The notes beneath the pieces are model-generated. The model searched no databases and was not told the DNA's origin. It saw only the letters and a list, made by a program, of their open reading frames with translations. 64,000 bases of DNA, taken from Acidobacteriota bacterium. Lineage in GTDB: Bacteria > Acidobacteriota > UBA890 > WLXD01. This document shows, in pieces, positions 18,501-28,893 of the stretch (within the stretch, counting starts at the first letter, position 1; each line of letters begins with the position of its first letter). The DNA lies in NCBI GenBank assembly GCA_963666215.2, contig CAXWPL010000005.1, positions 319,331 to 383,330 of the forward strand, in the 5' to 3' direction. The position numbers were made by a program, and so were the translations under genes.

Positions 18501-19930
18501 CACTTGCCCACTAGCCACTGCGTCAGCGACCGATCGCCAGGCTCCTCGTAGGGCCCCGCCACGGCGACGGCGTAGCCGTTGGGGCGCAGCACTCGCCGCG
18601 CGGCGCGTGTCACGTCGTCGACGGTAACGGCCTGCATGAGCGCCGGAAAGCGATCGAGGTAATCGAGGCCGAGGTCGTGGACCTCGATCTGCCGCATGAG
18701 GCCGGCGATCCCCGCGTTGCTCTCGAGGCTGCGCGGCAGCGAACGCACGATCGCTGAACAAGCGTCGTCGAGCTCTTGCGGTTCGACGGGCTGTGTGGCC
18801 ATACGGTGGATCTCGGCGACGATCGCCTCGAGCGCCGGTTCAACGTGGTGCGGCTGCACGCCGGCCCGCACAACGAACGCACCCGCGCCGAGTCCGGCGC
18901 GAAGCGCGCTGTAGGTCGTGTAGGCCATGCCCTTCTCCTCGCGCACAATGCGGCCCAACCGACCGCCCATGGCGAAACGGCCGAGGATCATGTTCATCAG
19001 CGCGGCGCCGTAGTACTCGGGATCGTTGCGGCGAATGCCGGGATGTCCGAGCGCAAGCTCCGCTTGCGTCTTGTTCATCATCGGACGCACCACAGCGCGG
19101 ATCGCCCCGAGCTCGGGAGCATCTGGAATTTCAGGCTGCAGCGTCCTATAGCTTGTTTGCGTCGCGGCACCGGCCTCAGCGGGTGCCTGCACTGAGTTGG
19201 CAGCCACAGAGCTCCAGCTGCCGAACCCGCGCTCGGCCGCCTCGAGTGCGCTGTGCTCGTCTACGTTGCCGACGATGACGAGCAGGCTCGCTTCGGGACG
19301 GTAGTGCGCGGCATGAAACGCAACAAAGTCGTCGCGGCCGAGAGCGTCGACGCTTTCTACGGTGCCGCGCGCCGGCGTGGCATACGGATGCTCGGCCGGA
19401 TAGATCAGCTCCCGGAACGCCGTGTCCATCACGTGCGCCGGGTCGTCAGCGGCCTCGCGCAGCGAAGTGACGCGATCACCCTTGATCTGGCTGATCTCGC
19501 GCTGCGGGAACTCCGGTTCGCGCGCCACCTCGGCGAGCAACTCGAGCAAGGGCTCGAAATCTGCCGGACGGCCACGTACGCCGATGCCGGCGGCATGACG
19601 ACCGGCGTCGCCGGCCAGATCGGCGCCGACGAAGTCGAGCAACTCGCCAATCTCCTGCTTGCTGCGACGCATGGTGCCACGTGTCGTGCCGCGGGCGACC
19701 AAGGATGCCAGGCCGAGCGGGGACCCGGTCGATAGACCGTCGGTCGAGTCCGCCAGACCGCCCGTGGCCGACGCGCTCACCTCGAGCGTAGCGCCGGCAA
19801 CAACGTTGAGCGTCGCGCTCACCGCGGCTGACGCGGGGTTGCGCTGGCAAAGAACGGTCAGACCGTTGTCGAGTCGGCTGCGCAAGGGCGAGAACGCCTT
19901 GCCAACGCTCCAGGCGGGCGATTCGCTCAC
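18500..19930 (-). CDS. M16 (pitrilysin) family peptidase, non-catalytic-type subunit
   Basis: 476 aa with the M16 fold pattern but no HxxEH motif. Paired with the HxxEH-containing paralog upstream. Confidence 0.8.
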   Translation of the reverse strand: MSESPAWSVGKAFSPLRSRLDNGLTVLCQRNPASAAVSATLNVVAGATLEVSASATGGLADSTDGLSTGSPLGLASLVARGTTRGTMRRSKQEIGELLDFVGADLAGDAGRHAAGIGVRGRPADFEPLLELLAEVAREPEFPQREISQIKGDRVTSLREAADDPAHVMDTAFRELIYPAEHPYATPARGTVESVDALGRDDFVAFHAAHYRPEASLLVIVGNVDEHSALEAAERGFGSWSSVAANSVQAPAEAGAATQTSYRTLQPEIPDAPELGAIRAVVRPMMNKTQAELALGHPGIRRNDPEYYGAALMNMILGRFAMGGRLGRIVREEKGMAYTTYSALRAGLGAGAFVVRAGVQPHHVEPALEAIVAEIHRMATQPVEPQELDDACSAIVRSLPRSLESNAGIAGLMRQIEVHDLGLDYLDRFPALMQAVTVDDVTRAARRVLRPNGYAVAVAGPYEEPGDRSLTQWLVGK

Positions 19931-20012
19931 CGGGCCCTCCGCGACGCGCCGGGGCGAGCGTCGGCCGCGGGCCCGATCGTCGAACTGCGTGCGGCGCTAT
20001 CGGAGCTCCTCA

Positions 20013-21341
20013 TCACGACTCCAAAGGCTGCGGCTCGAAGCGACCCACCGTTCGCCTCTCCGGCACCCAGTAGCGCTGTGCAGCGGCTTGCACGTCGTCG
20101 GATTTCAGCGACTCGACGCGCTCGACAAGCTCTCCGAGCATGCGCCAGTCGGCAATGGTGGCGAAGTAGCCGAGCTGATGCGCAATCTGGGTCGCGCCCT
20201 CGACTTCGAACGCGAGCGACGCCAGCACCTGGTTCTTGGCCTTACGCAGGGCGTGATCGCTGAGATCTCCCGCAGCGACGTCGTCCATGGCTCGGTACAC
20301 CGCGGCCTCGGCGGCATCCGGATCGGCACCGTCGCGCAGCGTCGCTCCGACGCCGTACAGGTAGGGCTGTTCTGTGGGCAGGAGTGCGCTGCTCGCGACA
20401 ACGGCGAGCTCGGTCTCGACGAGCTCGCGGTACAGCGGCGAAGTCGTCCGCGCGTTGCGCCCAAAGCCGCCGCTCCACAAGCTCACCCCTTTGCCGCCCG
20501 CTAGAACGGCGTCGGCAACCAGCAACGGCAGGAAGGCGGGATCGGCGAACGCCGGTGCATGGTGGACAATTTGCAGATACGCCGCCGTTCCCGGCCGCCG
20601 CAGCACCACTCGGCGCTCGCCGCCCTGCTCAGGCTCCGCCACTGGCGGCGTCTGCGAATGCGCGCCGGCCGGAATGTCGCCAAAATGCGCCACCACCGCG
20701 TCGAGCACGGTGCCAGGGTCAACGTCGCCCACAACTACGAGCGTCGCATTCGACGGCACGTAGTGGCGACGGTAGTAACCCAGCAGGTCGGCGTGCTCGA
20801 CGCGCTCGAGATCGGTCTTCCAGCCGATCGTCGGCCAGCGGTACGGGTGAGCGCGAAAAGCGGCAGCCGTGACGTCGACGTCGAGCTCGTAGGCCGAGTC
20901 GTTCATGTTGCCCTGCAGCTCGGAGAGCACGACCGTGCGCTCGCTCTCGAATTCGTCGACCTGGTAGAGGCACTCGTGCATGCGTTCGGCCTCGATCTGC
21001 AGCGCCAGATCGAGGGCATCGGAGGCCAGTGTCTCGAGGTAGGTCGTCTGATCGAGCCAGGTGTAGCCGTTCCAGGTGCCGCCAGCCCGCTCGATCCAAA
21101 CCTTCAGATTCTCGCGGGAGATGTTGCGCGTGCCCTTGAAGTTCATGTGTTCGACGAAATGTGCCAAGCCCGTTGTGCCAACACCATCGTCTTTCGAGCC
21201 GACGTGATACCAGCACCAAACCGACACCAAAGGCACGTTATGCAGCGGCAGCACGAGAACCCGTAGCCCGTTGTCGAGGCGATGCTCGACGACGTCGTCG
21301 AGCGGCAACAGCGCGCCGGCCGAGGCAAGGGCATCAGACAT
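20013..21341 (-). CDS. M16 (pitrilysin) family zinc peptidase
   Basis: ORF 20013..21500 trimmed to ATG 21341 (MSDALASAG...). Inverted zinc motif HFVEHMNFKG (HxxEH). Confidence 0.88.
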   Translation of the reverse strand: MSDALASAGALLPLDDVVEHRLDNGLRVLVLPLHNVPLVSVWCWYHVGSKDDGVGTTGLAHFVEHMNFKGTRNISRENLKVWIERAGGTWNGYTWLDQTTYLETLASDALDLALQIEAERMHECLYQVDEFESERTVVLSELQGNMNDSAYELDVDVTAAAFRAHPYRWPTIGWKTDLERVEHADLLGYYRRHYVPSNATLVVVGDVDPGTVLDAVVAHFGDIPAGAHSQTPPVAEPEQGGERRVVLRRPGTAAYLQIVHHAPAFADPAFLPLLVADAVLAGGKGVSLWSGGFGRNARTTSPLYRELVETELAVVASSALLPTEQPYLYGVGATLRDGADPDAAEAAVYRAMDDVAAGDLSDHALRKAKNQVLASLAFEVEGATQIAHQLGYFATIADWRMLGELVERVESLKSDDVQAAAQRYWVPERRTVGRFEPQPLES

Positions 21342-21808
21342 CAAGAACCCCCTCCATCGGCGGTGTCGTTGCCCTGTGGCCCGAAGATCTCTGGCGCGAA
21401 CTCGGCCATGAGCGAACGCGTGGTCTCGTCGGCGGGAGCGAACGCCCGCTGCCCAACATGCACTCGCCAGCTGTAGCGCTGCTGCTTGCACGTTGGGCAA
21501 CTGGCCGGCGCGCAGGTCACGTCAAGCGTGCCGTAGAAGCGCGAAACGAGCGCAGCGGAGCAGTCGATCGCGGATTGTTGCCGAGACTCGATGTACTCGC
21601 CGAGGGTCGGTGTCGGTTCCGTATCCACGCCAGCTCTGAAGTCGGTCACGACCTCGATCGAGCGTCGAATGTCGCCCGCCTGGTACATCCGGTCGATGGT
21701 GTACAGCGCGACGAGCCCGAGAATCGCCGCCGGAATCACCAGGAACCAGTTGTCGCGCCGAATACGGGGCTTCCGCGGCCCGACTCCGATCATCTTCTCG
21801 AGGCTCAT
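21341..21808 (-). CDS. hypothetical membrane-anchored Cys-containing protein (155 aa)
   Basis: This is the 3' part of ORF 21341..22930, starting at ATG 21808 (MSLEKMIGVGPRKPRIRRDNWFLVIPAAILGLVALYTI...). The ATGA overlaps the nhaC stop and the stop shares 1 nt with the M16 start. One TM helix followed by a soluble domain with 5 Cys. Confidence 0.5.
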   Translation of the reverse strand: MSLEKMIGVGPRKPRIRRDNWFLVIPAAILGLVALYTIDRMYQAGDIRRSIEVVTDFRAGVDTEPTPTLGEYIESRQQSAIDCSAALVSRFYGTLDVTCAPASCPTCKQQRYSWRVHVGQRAFAPADETTRSLMAEFAPEIFGPQGNDTADGGGS

Positions 21809-23211
21809 GCGGGAAACAGGCCGGCGACGAAGAAGAGCACCAGCGACGCGGCACCCGGAATCAGCGCATAGGGGATTTGCGTCGTCACGTGCTCGATGTG
21901 ATCGCAGCCAGCCGACATCGATGCCACAACCGTGGTGTCGGAGATCGGCGAGCAGTGATCGCCGAAGATGCCGCCGGCCATCACCGCAGCCACCGCCAGT
22001 GGCAGCGGCGAGCCGAGCTGCTGCGCAAGGGGCACCGCGATCGGCATGAGAATCGCGAAGGTGCCCCACGAGCTTCCGGTCGAGAAGGCGATCAAGCCAC
22101 CCGTAAGGAAGACGAGAGGTGCGACGGTCGAAGGGCCAATCCAGGGTGCCACGGTGTTGGCCACCCACGGGCCGGTACCCAGAGCCCGGCAGACCGATCC
22201 CATCGCCAGCGCGAGCGCCAGGATGGTGGCTACCGGCAGCAGCTCCTGAAAGCCCTGGATCGCCTTCTCGGACATCTCGGTCACGGTGAACAGGCCTTGG
22301 CTGCGGTAGAGCAGCATAGCCGAGAGCACGCCCGACGATACCGCCCACAGCACGGAGGTCGATCCGGAGCCCGCCGTCCAGTCGCCGTTGCCGGTGATGT
22401 ACAGCACGACCATCACCATGACCACGGTTACGACGACGGGCAGCACCAGGTTGATCGGCCGCTTTCCGGCTTCCGGGGCGGCCGCGAACGACGGATCGTC
22501 GACGGCGTCGGCAGCGGTGGCATCGTGGCCGTCGCGCGCTTCGCGCTCGGCACGGCGCATGGGACCGACCTCCCAGCCGGTGGTGGCCACCCAAAACACC
22601 ATGGCCAGTGCCAGCAGGGCGTAGAAGTTGAGGGGTATCGCTCGCAAGAGCACCCCCAGCGGGTCGCTCAGTCCCTCCGCCGCCAGCAGGCTGAGGATGA
22701 GCGCGCCCCACGCGTTGATCGGAATGAGCATGCAGATCGGTGCCGACGTGGAGTCGCAGATGTAGGCCAACTTGGCCCGCGACACCCCCACGCGGTCGTA
22801 TAGCGGCCGGCAGACGGTACCGGTGATCAAGCACGTGATGTTCGACTCGATAAAGATGCTGATCCCGATACAGGCCGAGATCAACTGCGCCGAGCGTGGT
22901 CCGCGCACCCAGCCGCGCTCGATGGTCCACTCGGCAAAGCCGGCCACGCCGCCCGACTCACGTAGCAACACGATGAGCGAGCCGACCACCAGGGTAAACA
23001 GAAGCGTCTCGGCGTTCCCCGAATCCGTGACCACGCCGACGATCTGGTTCATCGCCCCCGCGGCGCCAGCCAGCGGGTTCCAGCCGCCAAGAATCACCGC
23101 GCCCACCCAGATCCCGACGAACAGCGAGAGGTACACCTGGCGCGTCCACAAGGCGAGGCCGATCGCCATCAGTGGCGGTACGAGCGAAAGCCAGCCGTAG
23201 TCAACCTGCAT
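21805..23211 (-). CDS. nhaC: Na+/H+ antiporter NhaC family protein
   Basis: 468 aa, polytopic. N-terminus MQVDYGWLSLVPPLMAIGLALWTRQVYLSLFVGIWVG and overall NhaC-like organisation. Confidence 0.8.
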   Translation of the reverse strand: MQVDYGWLSLVPPLMAIGLALWTRQVYLSLFVGIWVGAVILGGWNPLAGAAGAMNQIVGVVTDSGNAETLLFTLVVGSLIVLLRESGGVAGFAEWTIERGWVRGPRSAQLISACIGISIFIESNITCLITGTVCRPLYDRVGVSRAKLAYICDSTSAPICMLIPINAWGALILSLLAAEGLSDPLGVLLRAIPLNFYALLALAMVFWVATTGWEVGPMRRAEREARDGHDATAADAVDDPSFAAAPEAGKRPINLVLPVVVTVVMVMVVLYITGNGDWTAGSGSTSVLWAVSSGVLSAMLLYRSQGLFTVTEMSEKAIQGFQELLPVATILALALAMGSVCRALGTGPWVANTVAPWIGPSTVAPLVFLTGGLIAFSTGSSWGTFAILMPIAVPLAQQLGSPLPLAVAAVMAGGIFGDHCSPISDTTVVASMSAGCDHIEHVTTQIPYALIPGAASLVLFFVAGLFPA

Positions 23212-23222
23212 TCGTTCCAGGT

Positions 23223-23240
23223 CCGGATCCGGATCCGGAT
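23223..23240. repeat. tandem hexamer (CCGGAT)x3 in the nhaC/plsC divergent spacer
   Basis: Read directly: tCCGGATCCGGATCCGGATc, 12 nt upstream of the nhaC start codon on the minus strand. Confidence 0.9.
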
Positions 23241-23344
23241 CAGCCGAGGGGGCCGGCTAGAAGTCCGGCCAAGGATCACACAAGAGCTTGCAACCGCCGG
23301 CCATGTTACGCGATGTCACCGAATCACCTTGGTAGACTGCCGCT

Positions 23345-24109
23345 ATGCCCCTGGCAGAGTCTCGAGCACCGTTGTACCGCGTCGGAGTCGGCCGTGTTCG
23401 CTACGTCACCAACTGGATCGTGACTGGCGCCGCGACCGTGCTCTTCGGCAGCCTTGGCGCGCTCGCCGCGATCGTCGACAGCAGTGGTCGCGGCGCGTAT
23501 GCCTGTGGGCGCTACTGGGGGCGCCTCGTGCTGAGCGGCAGCGGCATCCGCGTCAGCGTCTCGGGAGTCGAGCGACTCGATCCAGCCGCCACCTACATCC
23601 TGGTTTCGAACCACCACTCGTTGCTCGACATCCCGGCGGTGCTCGGCTATTTGCCGGTACGTACACGCATGCTGGCGAAGGCGTCGTTGTTTCGGATTCC
23701 GTTCATGGGCTGGTACCTGAGCCGTGCCGGCTACGTTCCGGTGCACCGTGAGGATCGGCGCCGCGCGCGCGCGAGTGTCGGCGTTGCCGCCGGGCGCACG
23801 GGCAAGGGGTCGTCGATGTTCCTGTTCGCCGAGGGCACGCGCTTCCCCGAGGGCCAGCCTGGTCCTTTCAAGAGGGGCGCCGCCCATCTGGCGCTGACAA
23901 CAGGGTTGTCAGTTGTCCCGATTGGGCTCATCAACAGCGGTCGCTTGCTGCCGAGAGGCGGCTGGCGCGCCGACCCGGGGGTGATCGAGATCCGCGTGGG
24001 TGAGCCCATCTCGGTCGAGTCGGCGGAACAGGCCAGCATCGACGCCGCCGGGCTCACGCGTCGCATCCGACGCGAGGTGCTCACTCTCGCCGGCATCGCC
24101 AACGACTAG
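23345..24109 (+). CDS. plsC: 1-acyl-sn-glycerol-3-phosphate acyltransferase
   Basis: 254 aa. HX4D motif NHHSLLD and block III FAEGTR. Confidence 0.88.
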   Translation: MPLAESRAPLYRVGVGRVRYVTNWIVTGAATVLFGSLGALAAIVDSSGRGAYACGRYWGRLVLSGSGIRVSVSGVERLDPAATYILVSNHHSLLDIPAVLGYLPVRTRMLAKASLFRIPFMGWYLSRAGYVPVHREDRRRARASVGVAAGRTGKGSSMFLFAEGTRFPEGQPGPFKRGAAHLALTTGLSVVPIGLINSGRLLPRGGWRADPGVIEIRVGEPISVESAEQASIDAAGLTRRIRREVLTLAGIAND

Positions 24110-24177
24110 CCGGACACCGAGATCGATCCGCTGCCCACAGACCGCCAGCCGCACAGGCAACTCCACTCGAGTCCGAC

Positions 24178-24888
24178 GTGATCCCGCTCAAAGATCTCAA
24201 CCCGAGCCGCTCGACGCCGGTCGTCACCTACACCGTGCTGGCCGTGAACATCGCCGTCTTCCTGTACCAGGTGCAGCTGCAGTTCGCCGGCGGCGCCGAG
24301 GCCTACACCAACTTCGTCACCCAGATGGGCCTCGTGCCGCAGGCGCTGCTGTCGCCATCGGTGTGGGGAGCGATGCCGATACCCGCGCCGCTAACGCTGC
24401 TGACGTCGATGTTCGTGCATGGCGACCTGTTCCATCTGGCCGGCAACATGCTCTACCTGTGGGTCTTCGCCGATAATGTCGAAGATGCCATGGGCTCGGC
24501 GCGCTTTGTCGCCTTTTACGCCGCCTGCGGGCTCGGTGCCGCGGGCGCCCAGCTGCTGGTCATGCCAGAGAGCCAGGTGCCGATGGTGGGCGCCAGTGGC
24601 GCCATCGCCGGCGTGCTCGGCGCGTACATGATCCTGTACCCGTCGGCGCGCGTGTTGACGCTGGTTTTTCTGTTCTTCTTCGCGCGGATGATGTATCTCC
24701 CGGCTGTTCTACTGCTCGGGGTGTGGTTCGTGATTCAGCTCTTGTCGGCCGTGGGAAGCTCCGGCGCGGGCGTCGCCTGGTTCGCGCATATCGGCGGCTT
24801 CGTCGTAGGGGTCGTGCTCATCAAGGCCTTCGCCGCACCCGCCCAGCGGCCCCGTCCCCCACAGGCGCCCACCGTTCACCGCGTCTAG
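24178..24888 (+). CDS. rhomboid family intramembrane serine protease
   Basis: 236 aa, GTG start. Catalytic GASGAIAG and HIGGF motifs, and 6 TM-like segments. Confidence 0.88.
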   Translation: MIPLKDLNPSRSTPVVTYTVLAVNIAVFLYQVQLQFAGGAEAYTNFVTQMGLVPQALLSPSVWGAMPIPAPLTLLTSMFVHGDLFHLAGNMLYLWVFADNVEDAMGSARFVAFYAACGLGAAGAQLLVMPESQVPMVGASGAIAGVLGAYMILYPSARVLTLVFLFFFARMMYLPAVLLLGVWFVIQLLSAVGSSGAGVAWFAHIGGFVVGVVLIKAFAAPAQRPRPPQAPTVHRV

Positions 24889-24924
24889 CAGGCTGCACGA
24901 ATCGACGAGCGGACGACCGGGTTG

Positions 24925-25797
24925 CTAGCCGAGCACTTCGACGATCTTGGCGCCAATTTCCGACGGGCTCCCGACCACGTGGACACCGGCTTCGCGCAGC
25001 GCCGCCATCTTCTCGGCTGCCGTGCCCTTGCCGCCAGCGATGATCGCGCCGGCGTGGCCCATGCGCTTACCGGGAGGTGCCGTCTGACCGGCGATGAACG
25101 ACACGACCGGGAGTGGATAGTCGTCGGCGATCAAGGCGGCGGCCTCTTCTTCGGCGCTGCCGCCGATCTCGCCGATCATCACCACCGCTCGCGTCTGCTC
25201 GTCTTCGGTAAACATCCCGAGGCAATCGCTGAATGTCGTGCCGATGACAGGGTCGCCGCCGATGCCGATGCAGGTCGATTGCCCGAGCCCGGCGCGAGTG
25301 ATCTGATCGACCGCCTCGTAGGTCAGCGTACCGGAGCGCGAGATCACGCCGACGTTCCCTTCGCGATGCACGAAGCCGGGCATGATCCCGACCTTGCACG
25401 AACCCGGAGAGATCACCCCCGGACAATTCGGACCAACCAGCCGCGTGCCGCGAGCATTGCAGTAGCCGACCACGTCGACCATATCGAGCGCCGGTATGCC
25501 TTCCGTGATGCAGATCGCGAGCCGCATGCCGGCCTCCGCGGCCTCCATAACGGCGTCCGCGGCAAACGGCGGGGGCACGAAGATCAGCGAGACGTCGGCA
25601 CCCGTGGCCTCCACCGCTTCGCCCACCGTGTTGAAAACCGGCACCTCGTCGTCGAACTGCTGGCCGCCCTTGCCGGGGGTGACGCCAGCAACAACGTTGG
25701 TGCCGTACTCACGGCATTGACGGGTGTGGAAGGTCCCCTCTGTGCCGGTAATTCCCTGCACCAGAAGCCGCGTGTCGGCATCTACGAGGATGCTCAT
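24925..25797 (-). CDS. sucD: succinate--CoA ligase subunit alpha
   Basis: 290 aa. N-terminus [15 protein letters not shown] and phosphohistidine loop [12 protein letters not shown] overlap with sucC. Confidence 0.95.
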   Translation of the reverse strand: MSILVDADTRLLVQGITGTEGTFHTRQCREYGTNVVAGVTPGKGGQQFDDEVPVFNTVGEAVEATGADVSLIFVPPPFAADAVMEAAEAGMRLAICITEGIPALDMVDVVGYCNARGTRLVGPNCPGVISPGSCKVGIMPGFVHREGNVGVISRSGTLTYEAVDQITRAGLGQSTCIGIGGDPVIGTTFSDCLGMFTEDEQTRAVVMIGEIGGSAEEEAAALIADDYPLPVVSFIAGQTAPPGKRMGHAGAIIAGGKGTAAEKMAALREAGVHVVGSPSEIGAKIVEVLG

Positions 25798-27008
25798 GAG
25801 CCGGCTCCAGAGCCTGCCTCAGCGGCGATCGCGCGAGTTTTCGAAGCGGCCGCGACGGCCTTGCTCGCCGCCTCGTCCAGCGTTTCGGCGACGATGAACT
25901 CGATCTCCGACGCCTCGAGGATCGCTCTGCCTTCCACGGCGTTGGTTCCCTGCAGCCGCACGATGATCGGAACGTCCACTCGAACCGTCTCGAGCGCCTC
26001 GATCACACCTTTGGCCACCCGATCGCAGCGCACGATGCCACCGAAGATATTGATCAGCACCGCCTCTACCGACGGGGCCTTCATCAGAATGCGGAACGCC
26101 GCCGCAACGCGCTCGACAGATGCGCCGCCGCCGACGTCCAGAAAGTTCGCCGGAAAGCCACCGGCGTTGCTGATCTGGTCCATGGTGCCCATAGCCAGAC
26201 CTGCGCCGTTGACCATGCAGCCAATCGTGCCGTCGAGTGCGACGTAGCTGAGCGAGTGCTCGGCCGCCTCGACCTCGAGGGGCTGCTCCTCTGAAGGATC
26301 TCGTAGCGCCTCGAGATCCGGATGCCGGTACAGGGCGTTATCGTCGAGGACGATCTTGGCGTCGAGCACGATCACTTCGTCGTCATCGGTGATCACCAGC
26401 GGGTTGATCTCGGCCATCGAACCGTCCAGCGCACCGAAGATCTCGGCGAGTTGACCCATGACATGGGCCACTCGGCGACTCGCCTTGCCCTCTAGGCCGA
26501 GGGCAAACGCCAGCCGCTGGGCTTGAAAAGGCCGTAATCCCCACCCTGGTGCGCACGGTTCGCTGTGGATGGCCTCGGGCCGCTCAGCCGCGACCTCCTC
26601 GATCTCAACACCACCCTCGGCCGAAGCGATGACCACCGGCTGCCGCGACGCACGATCGAGCGTGAGCCCAACGTAGAGCTCGCGGGCGATCGCGACACCG
26701 GCCTCGACCAGGACCTTCCTGACGATCACACCTTCAGGTCCGGTCTGAGGCGTAACGAGAGGTTGGCCGAGCATGGCGTCGGCCAGTCGGCCCGCCTCGT
26801 CGGGGCTGTCGGCGAGCTTGATGCCTCCCCCCTTGCCGCGGCCACCGGCGTGCACCTGTGCTTTGACGGCGAACTTGGTGGAGCCGGCAGCGGCCAAGCG
26901 TTCGGCAACGGCGCGCGCTTCGTCACCGGTGGCGGCCACACCGCCCTCTGGCACCGTAAGGCCCCGCGCGCGCAGCAATGCCTTCGACTGGAACTCGTGA
27001 AGCTTCAT
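25794..27008 (-). CDS. sucC: succinate--CoA ligase subunit beta
   Basis: 404 aa. Starts [12 protein letters not shown] and contains [13 protein letters not shown]. Has a short Ala-rich C-terminal tail. Confidence 0.95.
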   Translation of the reverse strand: MKLHEFQSKALLRARGLTVPEGGVAATGDEARAVAERLAAAGSTKFAVKAQVHAGGRGKGGGIKLADSPDEAGRLADAMLGQPLVTPQTGPEGVIVRKVLVEAGVAIARELYVGLTLDRASRQPVVIASAEGGVEIEEVAAERPEAIHSEPCAPGWGLRPFQAQRLAFALGLEGKASRRVAHVMGQLAEIFGALDGSMAEINPLVITDDDEVIVLDAKIVLDDNALYRHPDLEALRDPSEEQPLEVEAAEHSLSYVALDGTIGCMVNGAGLAMGTMDQISNAGGFPANFLDVGGGASVERVAAAFRILMKAPSVEAVLINIFGGIVRCDRVAKGVIEALETVRVDVPIIVRLQGTNAVEGRAILEASEIEFIVAETLDEAASKAVAAASKTRAIAAEAGSGAGS

Positions 27009-27109
27009 ACGACGCGTCCGGTCAGGAGCGGGGCCGAGCTATCGGACCGATCCTGGTCAAGTGGGGGCTGGGGCCGAATGGCGAGCCGGAGGATAACAAT
27101 TTGGCGCCG

Positions 27110-27670
27110 CTAGCGACTCGACGCCGAAGGCCAGCGGCGAACGAGCGTCGACGCTGCCACAATCTTGAGCACGTCGCCGGGAATAAAGGGCGCCGCACCC
27201 ATCAAGAACGCCTGTGCCGGAGACAAGCCCAGCAGTAGCCCGAGATGTAGCGTGCCGCAGAAGAGAATGATGACCGTACCCAGCGTCATCGTTGCCGCAG
27301 TGCGAGCCCAGCTCAGCTGCCGATCGAGGAGCCGCGAGAGCACCAAGACGGCGACGAACCAACCGAGCACGTAGCCACCTGTCGCGCCGCCGAAGGCAGC
27401 GAGTCCGCCGCGTAGGCCCGACAGCACCGGCAGGCCGATCAGTGCCAGCCCCACGTATAGACCCACACCGGCCAGCGCGGTCCGCGTAGCAAGCACCGCC
27501 GCCCCGGAATAGAGAACGAATGTTTGCAGCGTGATTGGCACCGGGTTGTTCGGCAGAAGAATCCTCACCTGCGCGGCAGCGGCGAGTGCCAGGGCGAAAC
27601 CTCCGGCCATCAGGAGAGCATCGCGCAGCGTCGTTTCTTTCGCGGCGGTACGAACCTCAGTAGCGTGCAT
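27110..27670 (-). CDS. bioY: BioY family biotin transporter (ECF S component-like)
   Basis: 186 aa. NPVPITLQTFVLYSGAAVL, GLPVLSG and GGATGGYVLGWF match the BioY pattern. Confidence 0.8.
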   Translation of the reverse strand: MHATEVRTAAKETTLRDALLMAGGFALALAAAAQVRILLPNNPVPITLQTFVLYSGAAVLATRTALAGVGLYVGLALIGLPVLSGLRGGLAAFGGATGGYVLGWFVAVLVLSRLLDRQLSWARTAATMTLGTVIILFCGTLHLGLLLGLSPAQAFLMGAAPFIPGDVLKIVAASTLVRRWPSASSR

Positions 27671-27860
27671 CGCGACTCCGTTTGGCGGGCTGTTCTGCTG
27701 CGGTTTTCGAGAGGCTCGGCAACTCGATCGCGAGGCTAACTGCGGGGTGAGGGTCGGTCAAGCGAGGCGAGGCCTCGGAACGACGCCGGAGTCGCCCCAG
27801 AGCAACTCCTCAGACTTGCAGGCGCGGAATTCCGACACCACGCGCTCGCCCCAGCTTCCG

Positions 27861-28886
27861 TCAGCCGATGGACCGCCCGATCACCGGCGCGATCTGCCTG
27901 ACCTGCCCGAACAGCTTCGAGAATTGGTCGGGGTAGAGCGCCTGCGGACCATCCGAAAGCGCCTCCTCCGGGTTGGTGTGCACCTCGATAATCAAACCGT
28001 CGGCACCGGCCGCGATCGCCGCGAGCGCCAGCGGCGCGACCTTGTCGCGGATGCCGATGGCATGACTCGGATCGCCAATCACCGGCAGGTGCGACAGCTT
28101 CTTGACGATCGGGAACGCCGAGATGTCGAAGGTGTTGCGGCTGTGGTGCTCGAACGTGCGGATGCCGCGCTCGCACAGCATGACGTTGCGATTGCCGCCC
28201 GCCATCAAGTACTCGGCCGACATCAACCATTCCTCGATCGTCGACGACAAGCCGCGCTTGAGCATCACCGGCGTCCCAGAGCGCCCGAGCGCCTTGAGCA
28301 GCGCGAAGTTCTGCATGTTGCGCGCGCCCACCTGAAAGATATCGACGTACTCCGACATCAATTCGATCTGCGACGACTCCATGACCTCAGAGATCGTCAA
28401 CATACCGTTGGCGTCGGCCGCAGAGCGCAGGAAGCGCAGCCCGGGCCCGCCAAGGCCTTGAAACGAATAGGGCGAGGAGCGTGGCTTGTACGCCCCGCCT
28501 CGAAGCACGGTGGCTCCCGCCTTGGCGACGACCGCGGCGACGTTATGGATCTGCTCCTCGCTCTCGACACTGCATGGTCCCGCCATCATGACAACGTCGT
28601 CGCCGCCGATGACGACGTCGCCGATGCGAATAACCGTCCCCTCAGGACAGAACGAGCGCGACACCAACTTGTAGGGCTTGGAGACCTTGACCACTTCCTT
28701 CACACCGGGCAGGAGCTCGAATACACGCTTGTCGATGCTGGCTCCATCGCCACCCACCGCCCCGATAACTGTCCGCTCGACCCCCGAGGAACGATGCGCG
28801 TCGTAGCCCAGGAAGGTGAGACGCTCGATCACCTGCTGGATCTCTTGCTCCTCGGCGCCCACCTGCATGACGACTACCATGGTCAA
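27861..28886 (-). CDS. 3-deoxy-7-phosphoheptulonate (DAHP) synthase, type I-beta with N-terminal regulatory domain
   Basis: 341 aa. An N-terminal ferredoxin-like segment MTMVVVMQVGAEEQEIQQVIERLTFLGYDAH precedes a KDO8PS/DAHPS core with VIGDPSHAIG. Confidence 0.9.
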   Translation of the reverse strand: MTMVVVMQVGAEEQEIQQVIERLTFLGYDAHRSSGVERTVIGAVGGDGASIDKRVFELLPGVKEVVKVSKPYKLVSRSFCPEGTVIRIGDVVIGGDDVVMMAGPCSVESEEQIHNVAAVVAKAGATVLRGGAYKPRSSPYSFQGLGGPGLRFLRSAADANGMLTISEVMESSQIELMSEYVDIFQVGARNMQNFALLKALGRSGTPVMLKRGLSSTIEEWLMSAEYLMAGGNRNVMLCERGIRTFEHHSRNTFDISAFPIVKKLSHLPVIGDPSHAIGIRDKVAPLALAAIAAGADGLIIEVHTNPEEALSDGPQALYPDQFSKLFGQVRQIAPVIGRSIG

Positions 28887-28893
28887 CCTCTAC

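Noticed and set aside
21809-22930. Upstream ~370 codons of the 529-aa ORF 21341..22930
   Set aside because: It overlaps nhaC out of frame and is Arg/Gly/His-rich. Only the last 155 codons, starting at the ATGA junction with nhaC, look like a gene.
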